In this document: positions 1 through 8,733 of the stretch, in pieces
Position numbering within the stretch: the stretch's first letter is position 1
How the letters are laid out: each line of letters opens with the position of its first letter
Assembly: GCA_963707635.1 (NCBI GenBank)
Contig: OY970173.1
Span: 704,001 to 768,000, forward strand
Direction of reading: 5' to 3'
Origin: Candidatus Latescibacterota bacterium
GTDB lineage: Bacteria > Krumholzibacteriota > Krumholzibacteriia > WVZY01 > JAKEHA01
Length of the DNA stretch: 64,000 nt
Position numbers and translations under genes: made by a program
Notes under the pieces: generated by a model
Seen by the model: the letters and a program-made list of their open reading frames with translations, nothing else
Database searches by the model: none
What the model was told of the DNA's origin: nothing

Positions 1-1
1 G

Positions 2-298
2 GTGGGCGATGCGCCGGTCGCCGCGGCGCGGCTCGAACAGAACATTCCCAACCCCTTCAACCCGACCACGACGATCCGATTCGAGCTGGAATCACGCGAG
101 CGCGTCACGCTGGCGGTGTACGACGCGGGCGGGCGACTGATACGGACGCTGGTGAACGACACGCGCGGGCCGGGGACTCACGAGGCCCAGTGGGACGGCC
201 GGAACGGGAGCGGCGCGGCGCAGGCGTCGGGGGTGTACTTCTATCGCATCACGGCCGGGGGTTTCAACGAATCGAAGAAGATGGTGCTGTTGAAGTGA
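2..298 (+). CDS. C-terminal fragment of a secreted protein with a FlgD Ig-like / T9SS-type C-terminal domain (5' truncated by window edge)
   Basis: LEQNIPNPFNPTTTIRF...VYDAGGRLIRTLV...WDGRN...ASGVYFYRI...KKMVLLK is the typical FlgD-Ig/CTD signature. Confidence 0.85.
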   Translation: MGDAPVAAARLEQNIPNPFNPTTTIRFELESRERVTLAVYDAGGRLIRTLVNDTRGPGTHEAQWDGRNGSGAAQASGVYFYRITAGGFNESKKMVLLK

Positions 299-397
299 TA
301 TTTCGGAGGGCGTGAGTCGCTCTCCCGCTCAGGTCCTCGCGCGCGACTGTTGAAAGCGCGCTGCGGATTCGCGTCCGAGCGACTCCTCCGTTGGCTC

Positions 398-3300
398 TTA
401 CCCCCGCGTTCCATTCCTAATCGCCGCATCCTCTCCGGCCATGCCATGACGCGTGGCGCTCCGTTCCTTCGACAGGTACGAATACACGGCCGGCACCACG
501 TACAACGAGAGCCCGGTCGCGAAGAGCATCCCGCCCACGACCGCGATACCCATGCTGACACGGCTCGCGGAGCCGGCGCCGAGGCCGAGTGCGACCGGCA
601 GAATGCCGAGCATGGTGGAAAAGCTGGTCATCAGGATGGGCCGGAAGCGCGCGACGGATGCCCCGCGGATCGCCTCGGCAACCGAGAGCCCCGCGTGCTT
701 GCGCTGATTCGCGAACTCGACGATCAGGATGCCGTTCTTCGTCACCAGCCCGATCAGCATGATGATCCCGATCTGGCTGAAGATGTTGATGGTCTGGTTG
801 AAGTACCACAGCGACAAGAGCGCGCCCGCCAGCGCGAGCGGGACGGTCAGCATGACGATGAAGGGGTCGCGAAAGCTCTCGAACTGGGCGGCGAGCACCA
901 GGTAGGTGAGCACGAGTGCCAGCAGGAACACGAACACGAGGCTCGACGAGCTCTCTGAGAAATCACGCGCCGCGCCGGCGAGCGAGGTTCGATACGACTC
1001 GTCGAGCACCTGGTGCGCGATCTGATCCATCGCGGCGATGCCGTCGCCCAGCGTGTACCCCGGCGAGAGGCCGGCCGAGACGGTGGCGGAGACGTAGCGG
1101 TCGAACCGGAACAGCTGCGGCGGGTTCGACTGCTCGGAGACGCGGATCACGTTGTCGAGCTGCACCAGCGTGCCGTCGCGTGCGCGCACGAAGATCGAGG
1201 CGAGGTCCTGGGGATCGTCGCGGTTGACGCGCGCGAGCTGGCCGATGACCTGGTACTGCTTGCCGTCCTTGTTGAAGTAGCCGTAGCGCTGGCCGCTCAA
1301 GCCGAGCTGGAGCGTCTGTGCGATGTCGCTCACCGACACGCCCAGCGAACGGGCGCGCTCGCGGTCGATCTCGACCACCAGCTCGGGCTTGTTGAACTTG
1401 AGATTCACGTCGGTCACGTTGAATTCGGGCCGCGCGTCGGCCATCTCCTGGAAACGCGGCAGCACGTCCTTGAGCTTCTGGAGCGTCGGCGCCTGCACGA
1501 CGTACTGCACGGGCAGGCCGAAGCGGGCGATGCCGCCGCCCACGCTGATGGTCTGCTCCTGGGTGACGAACGTGCGCACGTTGGTCAGGCCCCGGAGCGA
1601 GCGCGCGAGTGCAGCCGCGATCTCCTGCTGCGAGCGCTCGCGTTCGTCGGGCGGAATCAGGGTGACGGTGGTGTTGCCGGCGTTGGCGCCGCCGGCAAAA
1701 CCGGAGGTGTTGGCGAGCACGACATCCGCCTCGGGCACCTCGCGCTTCACCAGGTCGATGATCGCGTCCATGTTGCGGTCCATCCGCTCGAACGACGTCC
1801 CCTCCGGGGCGGTCGCCGTGATGCGCAAGCGGCTGCGGTCCTCGAGCGGAGCCAGCTCGCGCGGCATGGTCGAAAGGAAGAGCCACATCAGGCCCACCGC
1901 CGCCACCACGATTACCGGCGCCAGCCAGCGCCGGAGCAGGAATCCGTTCAGCGAGCGGCCGTAGCCGGCGATCATCCGCTCGAAGAATGGCTCGGTCCGG
2001 CGATACAGCCAGCTGTGATGCGCGTGCGGCTTGAGCACGTGCGCGCCCAGCATCGGGGTCAGCGTGAGCGCCACGAACGCGGAGATGGCCACCGCGCCGC
2101 CGATCACGACTCCGAATTCCTTGAAGAGCCGCCCGGTCAGCCCCTGCAGAAACACGATGGGGAGGAAGACGGCGATCAGGGCGACCGTGGTCGAAATTAT
2201 GGCGAAGAAGACTTCGTGCGCGCCTCTCTGTGCCGCCTCGAAAGGGTTCATCCCGTCCTCGATCTTGGCGTAGATGTTCTCGAGCATCACGATGGCGTCG
2301 TCGACCACGATCCCGATCGCGAGCACCAGGCCGAGCAGCGTGAGCACGTTGATCGAAAAACCGGCGAAGTACATGACGACGAACACGCCGATTAGCGAAA
2401 TCGGGATCGCGAGCACCGGGATCATGGTGGTGCGCCAGTCGCGGAGGAACGCGAAGATGATGAGCACGACCAGCGCGAACGCGGTCAGGATGGTCTCGCG
2501 CACCTCGTGGATCGACTTGCGGATGTAGCGCGTCGTGTCCCACGCGATGCCGAGCACGACGTCGTCGGGCAGCTCGCGGTCGATCTGCTCGACGCGCCGG
2601 TTGAACTCGTCCGCGATGGCGATGTGGTTGGAACCGGGCTGCGGGATGATGGCGACGGCGACCCGCGGGCCCGTGCGCCCCTTGGACACCTGGCGTTCGT
2701 TCTCGGGTCCGAGCATCGCTTCGCCCACGTCGCGGAAGCGCAGGATGCGACCGCCGCTCTCGCGCAGAATGAGGTCGTTGAACTGCTCCGGGGTCTCGAG
2801 GCGGCTCAGCGTCCGCACCGGCAGCTCCACATCGTTGCCCTCGATGCGCCCGGAAGGAAGCTCGACGTTCTCCGCATTCAGCGCCGTCCGCACGTCGAGC
2901 GGGGTCACGTCGTGCGCGGCGAGTTTCTGCGGGTCCATCCACAGGCGCATCGCGTAGCGCTTCTCGCCGAAGATGCGCACCTCGCTCGCGCCCGGGATCG
3001 TCTGCAGGCGCTCCTTGAACACCTTGTTGGCGAGGTCGCTGAGCTGGAGCAGGTCGCGCGAGGGGCTGCTCACGTTAAGCACGATGATTGGCGTCGCGTC
3101 CGCGTCCGCCTTGGAGACGACCGGCGGGTCCACGTCGGTGGGGAGCGACCCGATCGCGCCGGCCACCTTGTCGCGCACGTCGTTGGCGGCGGTCTCCAGG
3201 TCGATGCCGAGCTCGAACTCGATCGTGATCTGGCTGCGGCCCTCGCGGCTCACCGAGCTGATCGTGCGAATACCGGCAACGCTGCTGATGTCTTCTTCGA

Positions 3301-3499
3301 GCGGCTGCGTGATCTGGGAGTCGATGACGTCGGCGTTGGTGCCGGTGTAGTTCGTGGTCACCGTAATGACGGCGGGGTCGACGTTCGGGTACTCGCGCAC
3401 GCCCAGGAACGTGAACCCGATGGCTCCGAAGATGAGGATGACGATCGAGAGAACGATCGTGAGAACCGGGCGCTGGATGGAAACGGCGGAGAGGCTCAC
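398..3499 (-). CDS. RND efflux transporter permease subunit (AcrB/MdtC family)
   Basis: GTG start (MSLSAVSIQRPVLT); GIVVDDAIVMLEN, GLVTKNGILIVEFAN and RFRPILMTS motifs. Confidence 0.95.
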   Translation of the reverse strand: MSLSAVSIQRPVLTIVLSIVILIFGAIGFTFLGVREYPNVDPAVITVTTNYTGTNADVIDSQITQPLEEDISSVAGIRTISSVSREGRSQITIEFELGIDLETAANDVRDKVAGAIGSLPTDVDPPVVSKADADATPIIVLNVSSPSRDLLQLSDLANKVFKERLQTIPGASEVRIFGEKRYAMRLWMDPQKLAAHDVTPLDVRTALNAENVELPSGRIEGNDVELPVRTLSRLETPEQFNDLILRESGGRILRFRDVGEAMLGPENERQVSKGRTGPRVAVAIIPQPGSNHIAIADEFNRRVEQIDRELPDDVVLGIAWDTTRYIRKSIHEVRETILTAFALVVLIIFAFLRDWRTTMIPVLAIPISLIGVFVVMYFAGFSINVLTLLGLVLAIGIVVDDAIVMLENIYAKIEDGMNPFEAAQRGAHEVFFAIISTTVALIAVFLPIVFLQGLTGRLFKEFGVVIGGAVAISAFVALTLTPMLGAHVLKPHAHHSWLYRRTEPFFERMIAGYGRSLNGFLLRRWLAPVIVVAAVGLMWLFLSTMPRELAPLEDRSRLRITATAPEGTSFERMDRNMDAIIDLVKREVPEADVVLANTSGFAGGANAGNTTVTLIPPDERERSQQEIAAALARSLRGLTNVRTFVTQEQTISVGGGIARFGLPVQYVVQAPTLQKLKDVLPRFQEMADARPEFNVTDVNLKFNKPELVVEIDRERARSLGVSVSDIAQTLQLGLSGQRYGYFNKDGKQYQVIGQLARVNRDDPQDLASIFVRARDGTLVQLDNVIRVSEQSNPPQLFRFDRYVSATVSAGLSPGYTLGDGIAAMDQIAHQVLDESYRTSLAGAARDFSESSSSLVFVFLLALVLTYLVLAAQFESFRDPFIVMLTVPLALAGALLSLWYFNQTINIFSQIGIIMLIGLVTKNGILIVEFANQRKHAGLSVAEAIRGASVARFRPILMTSFSTMLGILPVALGLGAGSASRVSMGIAVVGGMLFATGLSLYVVPAVYSYLSKERSATRHGMAGEDAAIRNGTRG

Positions 3500-3510
3500 G
3501 ACCGCCTTCC

Positions 3511-4581
3511 TTACTCCGCCGGGGCGATCGTGACCGCGGCCCCGGACTTGAGCTGCAGGAGCGACGACGTGATCAGGGTATCGCCCACGTCGATGCCGCG
3601 GACGACCTCCACGCGATCCTCCGAGCGGGTCCCGATCTCGACGCTGCGCGATTCCGCCTTGCCCCCGCGATAGAGGAAGACGAGGTGCCCCTTCAACTCG
3701 GGGACGATCGCGAATGACGGGACGGAGATCGCCTCGCGCTCGGCAAACACGACTTCGACGTTGGCGAAGGCACCTGGGATCAGCGCGCCGTCGTCGTTGG
3801 GGCTGGTCGCGCGGATGCGCAGCGCCCGCGTGACCGGGTCGATGGCCGCTTCGCGCGCGTAGATCGTGCCCTGAAAGGCCGTTGGCGATCCCTCCACCGT
3901 AAATGCGATCCGGTCGCCGACCCGGATACGGCCGGCGTAGCGCTCCGGCACCGCGAATTCGATCTTCACCGGCGTGAGGTCCTGGAGCGACGCGATCGGG
4001 GTCGACGGGGAGACGTAGCTGCCCTCGCTCACCGAGCGCAGTCCGATCACGCCGTCGAAGGGCGCGCGAATCTCGGTCTTCTGGAGCTGGGCGCGGATCA
4101 GGTCGGCTTCCGCCCGGGCGATGCCGGCCTCGTTGGCGGCATTGCTGTAGTCGCGCGCGCTGGTCAGGCTGTCGGCGTGGAGGTGCTCCTGCCGGTCCGC
4201 CTCCTCCACGGCGATGGCCAGGCGCGCCTGCGCGCGCGCGAGCTGCGCGCGGAGTTCCGCGTCGTTGATCTTGATGAGGATCTCTCCGCGGGAGACCTTC
4301 GAGCCCTCGCGGAACGCGACCTTTTCGACCTTGCCCGAGACCTCGCTCCGAATCTGGACTTCCTCGTTGGACCGGATGGTCCCGATGGCGGTGATCCGGT
4401 CGGCCAGCGGCGCGGCGCCGACCACATAGATTTCGACCGGCGCGGCCCCCGCCGCCTGCCCGCCGCCGGCGCGCTGGCCGCGCGGCGCGGAATCGCCGCG
4501 CAGGATGGCGACGCGCGCGATCGCGAGCGCCGCGACCGTCAGCACCGTTCCCGCGATGACCCATGCGCGTTTCGAGGTCAT
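3511..4581 (-). CDS. RND efflux periplasmic adaptor (membrane fusion protein)
   Basis: Start MTSKRAWVIAG; N-terminal TM; IRSEVSGKV...EGSKV..G and IRAPFDGVIG lipoyl-like motifs; lies upstream of the RND permease. Confidence 0.93.
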   Translation of the reverse strand: MTSKRAWVIAGTVLTVAALAIARVAILRGDSAPRGQRAGGGQAAGAAPVEIYVVGAAPLADRITAIGTIRSNEEVQIRSEVSGKVEKVAFREGSKVSRGEILIKINDAELRAQLARAQARLAIAVEEADRQEHLHADSLTSARDYSNAANEAGIARAEADLIRAQLQKTEIRAPFDGVIGLRSVSEGSYVSPSTPIASLQDLTPVKIEFAVPERYAGRIRVGDRIAFTVEGSPTAFQGTIYAREAAIDPVTRALRIRATSPNDDGALIPGAFANVEVVFAEREAISVPSFAIVPELKGHLVFLYRGGKAESRSVEIGTRSEDRVEVVRGIDVGDTLITSSLLQLKSGAAVTIAPAE

Positions 4582-5642
4582 CCGATCTCCAGCATGCGAT
4601 CGAGCGCGCGCCTGGCGCGAACCCGGGTCTCCTCGGGGACGTCGATCACGTAGCGATTGTGTTTGAGCGCCGCGAGCGTGTCTTCGAGCGTGATCTCGTT
4701 CATGTGCGGGCAGCGGATGCTGCACAGCCGCACGGTCTCCTTGTCGGGATTCTCGGCGATGATGTTGTCCCCCATGCTGCACTCGGTGAGGAGCAGGAAG
4801 CGCGGCGCCTTCGTCTTCTTCACAAACTCGATCATCCGGGTAGTGCTGCCGGAGAAGTCCGACGCCTGCACGACCTCGGCGCTGCACTCGGGGTGGGCAA
4901 GCACGACCACGTCCGGGAACTGCTTGCGCACCGCGACGATGTCGTCGACCGTGAATTTCTCGTGCACCTCGCAGCGCCCCCGCCATCCAATGAGGTGGTA
5001 GTGGAGATTCGCGGGCGCGGCCGCGCGCGCGTCGGAAGACTTCGGCTGCTTGGAAGGAAAGATCACCTGGCGCCCGGTCTCGCGCGCGACGTTCTGCGCC
5101 AGGTACTCGTCGGGCAGGAAGATGACGCAGTCCGACCCCAGCGACTCGACAACGCGCGCGGCGTTGCTCGACGTGCAGCACACGTCGGTCTCCGCCTTGA
5201 CGTCCGCGTAGCAATTGACGTAGGTGACGACCGGCACGCCCGGGTACTGGCGCTTGAGCTCGCGAACGTCTTCCGCGGTGATGCTGGCCGCGAGCGAGCA
5301 GCCGGCGCGAGCGGAGGGGAGCAGCACGGTGCGCGTGGGGTTGAGGATCTTGGCGGTCTCGGCCATGAAGCGCACCCCGCAGAACACGATCGGATCGCGA
5401 TCGGTCTGCGCGGCTTTGCGCGAAAGCTCGAGCGAATCGCCGACCACGTCCGGAACGGTGTGGTACAGCGCCGGCTCCATGTAATTGTGGCCGAGGATGA
5501 TGGCGCCGCGTTCTTCCTTGAGACGGTTGATCTCGAAGACGAGGTCCGCCTTGTAGCGAAGCTCCGCGTCGGGGACGACGCGCGAGAGTTTCTCCACCAT
5601 CAGGTGGTAGGTCTCTTCAACGGTTGCAGCGCGGATGCTCAT
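4578..5642 (-). CDS. nadA: Quinolinate synthase NadA
   Basis: ILGHNYM, GDSLELS, FCGVRFMAETAKILNP, GCSL, YVN, CEVH, LAHPEC and CPHMN motifs. Confidence 0.96.
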   Translation of the reverse strand: MSIRAATVEETYHLMVEKLSRVVPDAELRYKADLVFEINRLKEERGAIILGHNYMEPALYHTVPDVVGDSLELSRKAAQTDRDPIVFCGVRFMAETAKILNPTRTVLLPSARAGCSLAASITAEDVRELKRQYPGVPVVTYVNCYADVKAETDVCCTSSNAARVVESLGSDCVIFLPDEYLAQNVARETGRQVIFPSKQPKSSDARAAAPANLHYHLIGWRGRCEVHEKFTVDDIVAVRKQFPDVVVLAHPECSAEVVQASDFSGSTTRMIEFVKKTKAPRFLLLTECSMGDNIIAENPDKETVRLCSIRCPHMNEITLEDTLAALKHNRYVIDVPEETRVRARRALDRMLEIG

Positions 5643-5763
5643 CGGTTTGTTGTGGTGAAGGGCGTGCGGTATGTCGGGCGAAGTGCGATTTCGCGAGTCG
5701 CGCATACCAGCTGATCCGCGCGAGCGCATGAGCGCGGAGCCCGATATGCCGCGCGCCCAGCGG

Positions 5764-6912
5764 CTAAGAATCCAGGTGACCCGGCATTTCCGATTCGGCC
5801 ACCCAGCGGCCCACCGTCGACGCGTGAGTCGTGTCGTCCGACTTTCCGTCGCCCCAGCGAGCCTCGATCTCCTTCATCAGCTCGGCGACCATGTCCTCTT
5901 CCTTGACCTTGCGGCTGATCTTGCCGTCGATATAGATCAGACCCTCGCCGTCGCCGGCCGCGATTCCGATGTCGGCCCCGGCGGCCTCGCCCGGCCCGTT
6001 CACCGCGCACCCCATGACGGCGATGTTCAGCGGTTTGCGCAGGTGCGCCGTGCGCCGCTCGACTTCCTCGGCGATGCGGAAGAGGTCGATGCGGTTGCGC
6101 GCGCAGGTCGGGCACGCGATGATGCGGGGCGTGTTGGATTGTATGTGCAGCGCCTGCAGAATCTTCTGCGCGACTCGCACCTCGTCCACGACGTCGGCGG
6201 CGAGTGAGACGCGCATGGTGTCGCCGATACCTTCGTGGAGCAGGATGCCCAGGCCGACCGACGAGATCACCGACCCGCTGAGTGCGGGGCCCGACTCGGT
6301 GATCCCGATGTGGCGCGGGTACTGCGACTGCCGCGAAAAGAGCCGGTAGGCGGCGAGCGCCAGCGGGACGTGCGAGGCCTTGAGCGAAACGATGATGTCG
6401 GTGAAGTCGTGCTCTTCCAGCACGCGAATGTGGCGGAAGGCGCTCTCCACCATGGCCTCCGGAGTGGGGAAGCCGTACTTCATCAAGAGGTCCTTCTCGA
6501 GCGAACCCGCGTTTACGCCGATCCGCATCGGAAGCCTGTATTCCTTTGCCTTCGCGACCACCGCCGCGACGCGCTCCGGGCTCCCGATGTTGCCCGGGTT
6601 GATGCGCAGCTTGGCGATCCCGGTGCCGGCCACCTCGACCGCCATCCGGTAGTTGAAGTGGATGTCGGCGACCAGGGGCACCCGGATCTGCCGGACGATC
6701 TTCTCGGTCGCGCGCACGCTCTCGATGTCGGGAACGCTCACGCGCGCGATGTCGACGCCCGCCTCCTCCATGCGGTGGATTTCATCGACCGTACGCTGGA
6801 CGTCGGTCGTGGGGGTGGTGGCCATCGACTGGATCGAGATGGGCGCCCCGCCCCCGACGGGGACGCGGCCTACCATTACCTGGCGCGTGGGGAGATAGGT
6901 GTGCTTGCTCAC
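5764..6912 (-). CDS. ispG: (E)-4-hydroxy-3-methylbut-2-enyl-diphosphate synthase
   Basis: PISIQSM, PLVADIHF, RINPGNIG, RIGVNAGSL, GIGDTMRVSL, CPTCAR and MGCAVNGPGE motifs. Confidence 0.97.
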   Translation of the reverse strand: MSKHTYLPTRQVMVGRVPVGGGAPISIQSMATTPTTDVQRTVDEIHRMEEAGVDIARVSVPDIESVRATEKIVRQIRVPLVADIHFNYRMAVEVAGTGIAKLRINPGNIGSPERVAAVVAKAKEYRLPMRIGVNAGSLEKDLLMKYGFPTPEAMVESAFRHIRVLEEHDFTDIIVSLKASHVPLALAAYRLFSRQSQYPRHIGITESGPALSGSVISSVGLGILLHEGIGDTMRVSLAADVVDEVRVAQKILQALHIQSNTPRIIACPTCARNRIDLFRIAEEVERRTAHLRKPLNIAVMGCAVNGPGEAAGADIGIAAGDGEGLIYIDGKISRKVKEEDMVAELMKEIEARWGDGKSDDTTHASTVGRWVAESEMPGHLDS

Positions 6913-7381
6913 TGGGTGTCCGGCCCGGAACGTCTGAAGGGACAAGGACAATGCAAAGGTACACTGCCCGTGAAGCGGGACGCAAGGGGTGCGGAAACAA
7001 AGAAACCCGAAACAGGTCTCGAGGCTGCGCGCTCCCGTCAAAGAGGGAGTGGAAAACGGGTGCGCGCTTTCGAGAAGAGTCTCGGGTTTCTGGAGAAGTT
7101 TTTCCGGCGGGTGGGTCGGGACTCCCGAACCGCAGATCCCGATCCCGGTGTTGCACTTGGGATGTATCCACCCCGCCGGAATATCTCACGAAGTAATTTT
7201 ATTCCGGTGGCCGGCCCCTCATGGACTTTCGCCCCCACCGTCCACTCGGGCAGTACTACACCCGGCCACCGGAACTAGACATTCAGCTCGCGCCTATCAA
7301 ACGGGATTCAAGCCCACACGACAATGAGGCTTTATAGGGTACGGATAGGGTATAGTCCGTATCCGCATATGTAGTAATGTG

Positions 7382-8611
7382 TTATCTAGACCGAAGGAAC
7401 GTCGCGAGGTTGATTTCCCGGTGATCGATCTGGAGCTTGCGCCGGATCGACTGACGGTGCTTGTGGATGGTCTGGGAGGAGAGGCCGAGGGCGTCGGCAA
7501 TCTGTTTCGACGAGCGCCCGACGCGGATCATCTCGAGGATGTCCAGCTCGCGCGGCGTGAGCTTGGAGACGTTGTTTCGATACTGGTCGATATGCCGGCC
7601 GGTCACCTCGTCGAGGCTGCGCTGGAGGAATTCGATGTCGCGCCGCTCGAGGCGCCCCTGGTCGCTGAGCTTGCGCAGCATCGGACGAAGGAGATTGTCT
7701 ACGTTGGAGGCGATTTCGTGGCGATAGCCCTGCTTTTCCACTTCGATGTGCTGGAGCACCTCGTTGAGGGCCACGTTCTTGCGCACGAACTCGACCTGGT
7801 CGCGGCGCAGCGTCTCGCTCAATTCGCGCAGCTGCGCCTCCGCTTCGCGCTGCCGGGTGACGTCGCGCGTGACCGCGAGAATACAGCCGCGCCCCCCGAT
7901 CTCGATGCGCTCGGCGGACACCAGGCACGACCGGACCGATCCGTCGCGGACCACCACTTCCACGGCGAAGTCGCGCACACTCCCCGCCGCGGTCAATTCG
8001 CGGTTCAGCTCGTCGCGGCGCGAGGGGTCGCGCCAGAGCCCCATGTCCAGCGACTTTCGGCCGATGACCTCGCTGCGGACGTAACCGGTCATGCGCTCGA
8101 ACCCTTCGTTGGCTTCGATAAACTCGCCGGTGTCTCCCGAGGTGATCGTGATCGAGTCGGGGCTGCTGCGGAACGCCTTCTCGTAGCGCTCCTGGAACAC
8201 GCGCACCCGGCGTTCCGCCTGCACGCGCTCGGTGACGTCGCGGTAGTTCATCACGAACCCGCCCACGTCGGTGTCCTCGCGCAGGTCCTGGACGATGACA
8301 TCCACGTTGCGCCACGAGCCGTCGCGGTGACGGGCGCGCACGGTGGTTCGATTGGTCTCGCCGTCGCGCGCGATGCGCTGGAGGAATTCGGTGGCCTGCT
8401 GGACGTCGTCGGGGTGGACGAAGTCCAGGGGATTGGTGCCGATCAGGTCGCGCGGCTGGTGGCCGAGGACACGCTCCACCGACGGGCTCACGAAGATGGT
8501 GCGGAAGTCGCGGTCGACGACCTTGATGACGTCGAACGCGTTGCGGATGAGCGCCTGGAACAGGAGCGCCATCAAAGCCGCATCGGAAGTCTCTGGGCGT
8601 TGTGTGTTCAC
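7382..8611 (-). CDS. PAS-PAS / LuxR-type HTH transcriptional regulator
   Basis: Two PAS domains (FVSPSVERVLG...FVHPDD; ANEGFERMTGY) and C-terminal LTPRELDILEMIRVGRSSKQIADALGLSSQTIHKHR. Confidence 0.9.
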   Translation of the reverse strand: MNTQRPETSDAALMALLFQALIRNAFDVIKVVDRDFRTIFVSPSVERVLGHQPRDLIGTNPLDFVHPDDVQQATEFLQRIARDGETNRTTVRARHRDGSWRNVDVIVQDLREDTDVGGFVMNYRDVTERVQAERRVRVFQERYEKAFRSSPDSITITSGDTGEFIEANEGFERMTGYVRSEVIGRKSLDMGLWRDPSRRDELNRELTAAGSVRDFAVEVVVRDGSVRSCLVSAERIEIGGRGCILAVTRDVTRQREAEAQLRELSETLRRDQVEFVRKNVALNEVLQHIEVEKQGYRHEIASNVDNLLRPMLRKLSDQGRLERRDIEFLQRSLDEVTGRHIDQYRNNVSKLTPRELDILEMIRVGRSSKQIADALGLSSQTIHKHRQSIRRKLQIDHREINLATFLRSR

Positions 8612-8733
8612 GTGCTCATGGGGGGTTTTGGGTACGGCTCAAGGATAGGCGGTCTGGGCACAGGAATCAAGCACCGGAATAGTCCGCTATGTGCTATCTT
8701 TTTACAGGACCTGATGATACGCGAGGAAACCCG

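Noticed and set aside
3500..4564. N-terminal extension of the 1388-aa RND ORF, and similar long extensions on the adaptor, folE, hydrolase, M16, MGL, SCO and TPR ORFs
   Set aside because: Arg/Gly/Pro-rich off-frame translation of neighbouring DNA, typical of high-GC sequence; true starts are downstream
6956..6995. GGTACACTGCCCGTGAAGCGGGACGCAA resembles the 5' part of a c-di-GMP-I (GEMM) riboswitch
   Set aside because: P2 is imperfect, there is no recognisable P3, and it is antisense to ispG with no plus-strand gene downstream; a covariance-model score would be needed
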